64,000 nt of DNA, from the NCBI GenBank assembly GCA_019923655.1, contig JAHXGL010000002.1:2933-66932 (forward strand). Direction: 5' to 3'. The stretch comes from Candidatus Nealsonbacteria bacterium. Its GTDB lineage: Bacteria > Patescibacteriota > Minisyncoccia > Minisyncoccales > RBG-13-42-11. Shown here in pieces: positions 57,946-64,000 of this stretch. The notes under the pieces were generated by a model, which had not been told where the DNA came from, did not search any database, and saw nothing but the letters and a program-made list of their open reading frames with translations. Made by a program: the position numbers and the translations under genes. Within the stretch, counting starts at the first letter, position 1, and every line of letters starts with the position of its first letter.

Positions 57946-58851
57946 CTAGAGAAACCAATTAAAAATATCTCTGCCTAAAAACATTGCAATAAAAGTACCG
58001 GTAACCAAAAAAGGGGCAAAAGGTATTTCGCTTTTTAAGGTTTTTTTGCGCAGAATAATCAATCCCAAGCCAACCAGGGCGCCAATTAAAAAAGCTAAAA
58101 ATAGAGCAACTAAAATATCAGGCCAGCCAAGAATTAAACCCATTAAGATTGCTAGCTTAAAATCGCCAAACCCCATCCACTGACCGCGAGAATGCAAAAT
58201 TATTGCCAGAAAAAATAAAGAGGGCAAAATCCCAAATCCTAAATCCTGAACAAGCCCAAAATCCATTCCCTTTCCATTTTCATTGAGCTGAATCAAAAAT
58301 TTCAATAATTGATAAAAAAGACTTAGCCCAATGGCTGGATAAATAATTTTATCCGGAATAATATAGTGCTTAAGGTCATAAACAAACACAACAATTAAAA
58401 AACAAGAGATGATTAAATAGTAGCTAAAAGACAGCATAGGGCTGGGCTGAAAATAGAAAACCAATAAAAATAGCAATCCGGTTGCCGCTTCTACAAGAGG
58501 ATATTGCCAGGAGATTTTTTTAGAACAATAACGGCATTTTCCTTTAAGAAACCAAAAGCTTAAAATTGGGATTAAATCTATCCAGGATAAAATATGTTTG
58601 CAATCAGGACAATAAGAATGGCCACGCAAAAAACTTCGTCCCTTGTCTTCCACCCCCCCTTCTCTCCTCTGGAGAAGGGGGGATTTGGAAACGTATGTTT
58701 GCGGGACGAATTTGGTTGTCTTAATATGACGTTTTATATAATCAATTTCCAAACGGTAAATCAGACAATTCAAAAAAGAACCAATAATTATTCCAATTAG
58801 AAACAAAATCAAAACCAGAAACATACATTGACTAACTCCTATTAAGGACAA
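57946..58851 (-). CDS. pilD: type IV prepilin peptidase (A24 family) carrying a palindromic insertion in the N-terminal zinc-binding region
   Basis: CPDC...CRYC tetracysteine, catalytic Asp-containing TM core; insertion QRREGGVEDKGRSFL encoded by the palindromic repeat at 58645-58695. Confidence 0.8.
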   Translation of the reverse strand: MSLIGVSQCMFLVLILFLIGIIIGSFLNCLIYRLEIDYIKRHIKTTKFVPQTYVSKSPLLQRREGGVEDKGRSFLRGHSYCPDCKHILSWIDLIPILSFWFLKGKCRYCSKKISWQYPLVEAATGLLFLLVFYFQPSPMLSFSYYLIISCFLIVVFVYDLKHYIIPDKIIYPAIGLSLFYQLLKFLIQLNENGKGMDFGLVQDLGFGILPSLFFLAIILHSRGQWMGFGDFKLAILMGLILGWPDILVALFLAFLIGALVGLGLIILRKKTLKSEIPFAPFLVTGTFIAMFLGRDIFNWFL

Positions 58852-59324
58852 GCAATTAAACTAGCTGGCGCTGCCGCCATATCTCTCACTCCTCTTTCGC
58901 TTGCGGCAACAACTGCTCCTGCTGTTCCAGGAGCAATACCTTCCATTCGCGCCCAAATACAAAATTCTGTAGAACCAACAGGGCTAGCAAAAGCCCGATA
59001 TATGAAGTCGCCAGTATTAGAAGGGTCTAATGGTATAGGATTTAAAATTTCCCCAATTGCAATAGTAGTAAGTCTGTTTCCGGGAGTGGGAGGCGCCGGA
59101 GTTATCGGAGCCGACGTAATCGCCATATATCCCACACCTCTTCGTATATTTATCCTATACATTTCCATAGCGAGGTGAATTGTTCTCATATCAGACCTTC
59201 TACGGGAATTTCTGGCATCTCTTGGAATATCGCCTATAGTAACAAAAACTATTCCCGCTAAAATTCCAATCACCACCACAACAACTAAAAGTTCAATAAG
59301 GGTAAAACCTCTATTTTTATTCAT
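58842..59324 (-). CDS. type IV pilin / pseudopilin
   Basis: class III signal peptide NRGFTLIELLVVVVVIGILA (cleavage G|F, conserved E5). Confidence 0.8.
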   Translation of the reverse strand: MNKNRGFTLIELLVVVVVIGILAGIVFVTIGDIPRDARNSRRRSDMRTIHLAMEMYRINIRRGVGYMAITSAPITPAPPTPGNRLTTIAIGEILNPIPLDPSNTGDFIYRAFASPVGSTEFCIWARMEGIAPGTAGAVVAASERGVRDMAAAPASLIACP

Positions 59325-59377
59325 AAAACTATTTGGTAAAATTATAGTTTATTTGCGTTTCTAATCGACCTTTATAA

Positions 59378-60583
59378 TTAAATTGCGGCCATCTGATAAA
59401 TGGGAATTAAAACCGAAGCCACTAAACCCCCAACCATTACTCCTAAAAAAATAATTAAAATCGGCTCAATCAAGCTTAAAAGAGTGTCTATATTCCTTTC
59501 TACTTCCTTTTGATAAAATTCTACCATATTCATTAAACATCTGTCAACCGTACCGGTCTTTTCTCCAACTGAAACCATCTGGCTAAAAAGGGGAGAAAAA
59601 AGCCCAGGGCTTTTTCTTAAAACAACATTTAACGGCTCCCCTTTTTTTACCGCTTCCTGGATATCTAAGATAGCTTTTTTATAAATCGTGTTGTCAATTA
59701 CATCTCCTGAAATTTCCAATGCCTTGGAAATAGGAATGCCTCCGGAAATTAAAGTTGAAAGATTTTCGCCAAAACGAATAAGATGAATTTTTTTGGTAAG
59801 CTCGCCAATTATTGGAAACCCCAACACAATTCTATCAAAAATTTCTTTTCCTTTTTGGGTTTTATGGCTGCGATACGCAAAAATTATTAAACCGATTAAA
59901 CCTAAAACTAAAAGCCAGCCCCATTTTTTTAAAAAATCCGACAGGCCTATCACCATCATCGTGATCGCTGGTATTTCTCCGCCACCAGCTTCTAAAAGCT
60001 TGGTCAATTCAGGAAGAACGAACAAAATTATTGCCAAAAAAGCAGTAACCATAACCATAATGACAAAAATAGGATAAATCATCGCCCCTTTTATTTTAGA
60101 ACGGAGATGGTGTTCTTTTTCCAAATGTTCGGCTAAATAATTCAAGGAGTGGGAAAGATTACCCGAGGCCTCGCCGGACTTAACCATATTTACATAAAAA
60201 ACCGAAAAAAGACCGGGATGAGAGCTTAAAGCTTTAGAAAAAGAAGTGCCAGCTTCTACATCTTCAAACAATTCTAAGATTTTTTCCTTAAAACCTATGT
60301 TTTTAGTTTGATCGGCTATGGAATGCAAGGCCTCGGAAAGGGGAATCTTGGACTTAAACATAATGGAAAGCTGACGAGAAAATAAAACAAGCTGTTGAGA
60401 AGGGACTCTATCAAAAATTTTTATCCTCTTAGTATAAAATGGCTTTTCTTTAATTTCTTCTATAGAAGTAACATAGCGGCCAGCTCTTTGAATAAAACTA
60501 AGAGCCGCGTCCTGCGAAGAGGACTCAATTACTCCGGTCTGAATTTCTCCTTCTTTAGTTCTAACTTGATAAGCAAATTTCAT
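59378..60583 (-). CDS. pilC: type IV pilus platform protein PilC (GspF family)
   Basis: two T2SS-F domains, 3 TM segments, ~400 aa. Confidence 0.8.
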   Translation of the reverse strand: MKFAYQVRTKEGEIQTGVIESSSQDAALSFIQRAGRYVTSIEEIKEKPFYTKRIKIFDRVPSQQLVLFSRQLSIMFKSKIPLSEALHSIADQTKNIGFKEKILELFEDVEAGTSFSKALSSHPGLFSVFYVNMVKSGEASGNLSHSLNYLAEHLEKEHHLRSKIKGAMIYPIFVIMVMVTAFLAIILFVLPELTKLLEAGGGEIPAITMMVIGLSDFLKKWGWLLVLGLIGLIIFAYRSHKTQKGKEIFDRIVLGFPIIGELTKKIHLIRFGENLSTLISGGIPISKALEISGDVIDNTIYKKAILDIQEAVKKGEPLNVVLRKSPGLFSPLFSQMVSVGEKTGTVDRCLMNMVEFYQKEVERNIDTLLSLIEPILIIFLGVMVGGLVASVLIPIYQMAAI

Positions 60584-61659
60584 TATCTACCTCTACTCAA
60601 TAACATTTTTAATTCGGTTTGGCTTGAAGAATAATTTAAGGCGTCTATTAAAGAAATTTCTTTTCCCTTAACCAGATTAGCCAAAGCTCTATTGAAAGAA
60701 ATCATTCCATATTCAGCTGAAGTTCCAATAACTAAAGGCAGTTCGTGGATTTTGTTTTCGCGAATCAGATTGGCTGTTGCCGGCGTTGAAACCATTATCT
60801 CACAAGCCGGAACCAATCCTCCTTTGATTCTGGGAATAAGCCGCTGGGAAATTACGCCCAACAAAGACCCTGCTAACTGCGCTCTAATTTGCTGCTGCTG
60901 GTCAGACGGAAAAGAATCAACAATCCGATGGATGGTCTGACTAGCAGAATTAGTATGCAGAGTGGCAAAAACCAAATGACCGGTTTCAGCCGCAGTAATA
61001 GCAATGGATATGGTTTCCAAATCTCTCATTTCGCCGACCATAATAATATCCGGGTCCTGGCGAAAGGTTGACCGAAGAGCCCTGGCAAACGACAAGGTAT
61101 CCTGATGAACTTCTCTTTGGTTAATAATTGACTTATCGTTCTTAAAAATATATTCAATCGGATCTTCAATAGTAATAATATGCTCTGTTCTGGTATGGTT
61201 TATTTCATCAATTAAAGCGGCTAAAGTAGCTGATTTACCTTGTCCTGAAGAGCCGGTAATCAAAACAAATCCCTGGGTTACTTTGGTAAACTGATGTAAG
61301 TGCGGCGGAAGATTTAATTCTTCAATTGTTTTGATTTTTGGAGAAATAAAACGAAGAGAGGCAGAGGGATTTCCTTTCTGAAAAAAAACATTTACCCTAA
61401 ATCTTGCCTGGTTTTCAAAACAATAAGAAAAATCAATTTCTTTTTCCTGAATAAATCTCTGCTTTTGAAAATCATCCATCAAAACATTGACCAGGCCCCT
61501 TACATCTTCGGAAGATATTTTTCTTTCCTTGATCAAAGAAACCAATTTGCCGCTTATTCTTAAAACAGGCGGATGGCCGACTGAAATATGCAAATCAGAA
61601 GCCAAAGACTCAATTGTTAATAACAATAATTTTTTTAAATACGTTTGATATGTATCCAT
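60583..61659 (-). CDS. pilT: PilT-family retraction ATPase
   Basis: about 358 aa, Walker A GSSGQGKSAT, Asp box, His box, no N-terminal GSPII domain. Confidence 0.75.
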   Translation of the reverse strand: MDTYQTYLKKLLLLTIESLASDLHISVGHPPVLRISGKLVSLIKERKISSEDVRGLVNVLMDDFQKQRFIQEKEIDFSYCFENQARFRVNVFFQKGNPSASLRFISPKIKTIEELNLPPHLHQFTKVTQGFVLITGSSGQGKSATLAALIDEINHTRTEHIITIEDPIEYIFKNDKSIINQREVHQDTLSFARALRSTFRQDPDIIMVGEMRDLETISIAITAAETGHLVFATLHTNSASQTIHRIVDSFPSDQQQQIRAQLAGSLLGVISQRLIPRIKGGLVPACEIMVSTPATANLIRENKIHELPLVIGTSAEYGMISFNRALANLVKGKEISLIDALNYSSSQTELKMLLSRGR

Positions 61660-61671
61660 TTTTCTATTTCT

Positions 61672-63408
61672 CTATTTTTCTTCCGCCACCCTCAACACTT
61701 CTTCAATCGTAGTCTTTCCTTCCAAAACCTTTAATATCCCGTCCTGTTTCATGGTTATCATTCCTTGGTTCCGGGCTTGCTGAAAAATGGCTGATTCCGA
61801 TGTCTTTTGTAAAATTATCTCTTCAAGCTGATCTGTCATAGCTAAAACTTCAAAAATACCGAGTCTGCCAGAAAAACCTTTGGTATCGCATTTTTTACAT
61901 TGTCCGGGCTCATAAATATAAAAATCTTTAGGAACTTCAATTGAGTAATCGCGCCTGATTGACTCTGGTATTGATTTAACTTCTCTGATAATCATCTCTT
62001 CTGTTTCTTTTGGTGGCTTTACTTTCCTTTTACAGAATGGACAAAGAGTCCTTAATAATCGTTGGGCAATAATAATACTTAAAGTTGAAGGAAGTAAAAA
62101 AGCGTCTACTTTCATATCAATTAATCTGGGAATAGCGCCAACAGCATGAGAGGTATGCAGGGTGGCTAAAACTAAATGACCGGTAAGCGCGGCGTGGATA
62201 GCCAAACCAGCGGTTTCTTCATCTCTGATTTCGCCAACCATAATAATATCCGGGTCCTGCCTTACAATATGACGAAGTCCTGTTGCAAAAGTATAGCCAA
62301 TTTCCGGCTTTACTTGCGACTGATTAACGCCGTCTATAAAATATTCTACAGGGTCTTCTAATGTTATAATATTCACTCCTTCTTTATTTAAAATTTCTAA
62401 AATAGCGTACAAAGTAGTTGATTTCCCGCAGCCGGTAGGGCCGGTCGCCAAAATTAAACCATAAGGTTTTTTAGTCGTCTTCTTAACTATCTCCAGGTTT
62501 TTTCTTTCCAGTCCTAATTCCTTAAAACTTTTCAAGCCAGTGGTTGAGTCAAGAATTCTGATAACCACTTTTTCTCCCAGGGTAGTCGGAAAAGTGGAAG
62601 TCCTGAAATCAATATCTTTCTCATTAATCTTGGCGGAAAAACGGCCATCTTGAGGAATCCTGGTTTCATCAATCTTTAAACTAGCCAGAATTTTGATTCG
62701 GGCAACTATTGGGGCAAGGTTTTTTAGCGGCAACCAAAAACTGGAGCGCAAAATCCCCATTTGTCTAATCCTTACTCTTAATCTTCCCTTAACCGGCTCA
62801 ATATGAATATCAGAAGCCTCTTTCTCTACGGCCTGCCTCAAAAGAACCGCCACCACTCTGATAATTGGCGCTTTTTCAACCAATCTTTCCAAATCAACTT
62901 TTTCCGTAATTTTTGCTTCGGTTTTATCAACCTTTAATTCTGTTTCTAATTGTTGAAGGGCTTGGTCAACATTCTTTCTAATATCCTGATACCGTTTTAT
63001 AAGTTCACTAAAAACAGTGAGGGTAATTAGAAAAACTTGAGGAGTAAATTTTTCCTGACGGCTTAAAAATTTCAGCGCTTCTTGAGCACTTAAGTCTTCA
63101 GGATAAACCATTCCCACATCTAAAATATCCTTTTTTTTAGACAGGGAAATCATTTTATAATACCTTGCCGACTCTTCAGGAATTATTTCAAAAACTTTTT
63201 GGGCAATTTTCTCTTTATCTACTTCTCTTTTCAAAGGTATTTTTAAGATTTCGCTTTTTAGATTAAACAAAAAATCCTCTGAGACAATCTTTTCCCTTAT
63301 AAGCACTTCCTCTTCTTTTTTGACTGAATTCTTAATCTCGGTTTCCAGAGAAAGAGCTTTTTCTTTTTTTAATACTCCCCTTTTAACTAATTGCTCAATT
63401 AATATCAT
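61672..63408 (-). CDS. pilB: type IV pilus assembly ATPase PilB (GspE family)
   Basis: Walker A GPTGCGKST, tetracysteine CPFC...CKKC, N-terminal GSPII domain. Confidence 0.85.
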   Translation of the reverse strand: MILIEQLVKRGVLKKEKALSLETEIKNSVKKEEEVLIREKIVSEDFLFNLKSEILKIPLKREVDKEKIAQKVFEIIPEESARYYKMISLSKKKDILDVGMVYPEDLSAQEALKFLSRQEKFTPQVFLITLTVFSELIKRYQDIRKNVDQALQQLETELKVDKTEAKITEKVDLERLVEKAPIIRVVAVLLRQAVEKEASDIHIEPVKGRLRVRIRQMGILRSSFWLPLKNLAPIVARIKILASLKIDETRIPQDGRFSAKINEKDIDFRTSTFPTTLGEKVVIRILDSTTGLKSFKELGLERKNLEIVKKTTKKPYGLILATGPTGCGKSTTLYAILEILNKEGVNIITLEDPVEYFIDGVNQSQVKPEIGYTFATGLRHIVRQDPDIIMVGEIRDEETAGLAIHAALTGHLVLATLHTSHAVGAIPRLIDMKVDAFLLPSTLSIIIAQRLLRTLCPFCKRKVKPPKETEEMIIREVKSIPESIRRDYSIEVPKDFYIYEPGQCKKCDTKGFSGRLGIFEVLAMTDQLEEIILQKTSESAIFQQARNQGMITMKQDGILKVLEGKTTIEEVLRVAEEK

Positions 63409-63409
63409 T

Positions 63410-63715
63410 TTAAGGTTCTAAAATCCGAGGTGAAAGAAAAGGATTTTTTCTTCCTGTCTCTTCTGGGGGCTTGATTTGCTCAAAAGCAATAAGAGCCCTT
63501 AAAATTGGGCTTATTAAGGTTTTGTCAAAATGCTTTTCTATTTTGCTTACCATTGGGTCTTTTAGTTTTTCCGGGTCTGGTTCAACCGCTAAATCTGGTT
63601 TAACTACTAAAAATCCCTGCCAGATAATAATGGCCGCAATTAAAACAATAATAATTATCAATGCCGGGATTAAATAAATTTGAATTTTCTTTTCTTTGAT
63701 AAAGGTAATCGCCAT
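63410..63715 (-). CDS. small single-pass membrane protein, possibly a pilus alignment component
   Basis: N-terminal TM helix; located between pilO-like and pilB. Confidence 0.35.
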   Translation of the reverse strand: MAITFIKEKKIQIYLIPALIIIIVLIAAIIIWQGFLVVKPDLAVEPDPEKLKDPMVSKIEKHFDKTLISPILRALIAFEQIKPPEETGRKNPFLSPRILEP

Positions 63716-63719
63716 ATAA

Positions 63720-64000
63720 TTATTGAGAATAAGTTCTCATTATTAAATTAAAAGAAAAAATATCGCCTTGTTCCGGAGCCGAAAAAGAAATATTTTCGGT
63801 TCTGATAAAACGAGCGCTCTTCTCTAATATAGAAAGGAATCTCCTGAAAGAAGGATAGGGACCGGAAAGAACTAAATTAATATGAATCTTTTTGATTTGA
63901 ACAACTTCTTCTGCCCCTGCTTCTGCCCCTGCTTCTACTTCTACCCCTGCTCCTACTCCTGCTTCTACTTCTGCTTCTGCAACAGGCGCGGGAGTTGCGC
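63720..64000 (-). CDS. partial CDS (C-terminal part; gene continues beyond the window): PilO-like pilus assembly protein with Ala/Glu/Val/Gly-rich low-complexity segment
   Basis: manual translation ends ...INLVLSGPYPSFRRFLSILEKSARFIRTENISFSAPEQGDIFSFNLIMRTYSQ*, matching the PilO C-terminal pattern (SGxY...F...LE...R...TY); upstream encoded by tandem GCTTCTGCCCCT-type repeats. Confidence 0.45.
   Translation of the reverse strand, partial: ATPAPVAEAEVEAGVGAGVEVEAGAEAGAEEVVQIKKIHINLVLSGPYPSFRRFLSILEKSARFIRTENISFSAPEQGDIFSFNLIMRTYSQ

Overview
This window is an AT-rich (~35% GC), gene-dense segment, almost entirely minus-strand, with the hallmarks of a Candidate Phyla Radiation (Patescibacteria) bacterium. 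It has no L30 gene between rpsE and rplO, a truncated L15, leaders lacking Shine-Dalgarno sequences, and a 23S rRNA interrupted by two LAGLIDADG-encoding introns and unlinked from 16S.

Content from 5' to 3':
- a sulfur-relay module (mnmA-iscU-iscS)
- glycolytic genes (gpmA, eno, and later tpiA, a bifunctional FBP aldolase/phosphatase, ppsA)
- trxB and two dehydrogenases
- ftsZ and a Sua5/TsaC gene
- a processive GT2 glycosyltransferase with a partner gene
- a solitary Cas4-like nuclease
- the alpha/spc/S10 ribosomal superoperon (rpsI through rplC, plus rplY), with tpiA, a DUF458 gene, a TetR regulator, alaS and a hypothetical inserted between map and infA
- serS, lysS
- PBP2, mreC, mreD
- a 5S-23S rRNA unit
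- tRNA-Gln
- ftsEX, prfB, rpsG, rpsL
- an M50 protease and rpmB
- a type IV pilus cluster (pilD, pilin, pilC, pilT, pilB, a partial pilO)

Three signals look novel:
1. A dispersed family of palindromic hairpin elements (stem TTCCAAAYC/GRTTTGGAA) is repeatedly inserted in frame into conserved proteins: the FtsZ tail, L22, L25, PilD and a hypothetical protein. This resembles Rickettsia palindromic elements.
2. A ~233-bp MITE with terminal inverted repeats and perfect 7-bp target-site duplications has landed exactly between rpsL/rpsG and between prfB/ftsE, with degenerate fragments elsewhere.
3. FtsZ is split by a frameshift inside a repeat block; its conserved C-terminal peptide lies in another frame.

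A 303-bp element bounded by 24-bp tRNA-like inverted repeats sits next to the Cas4-like gene.
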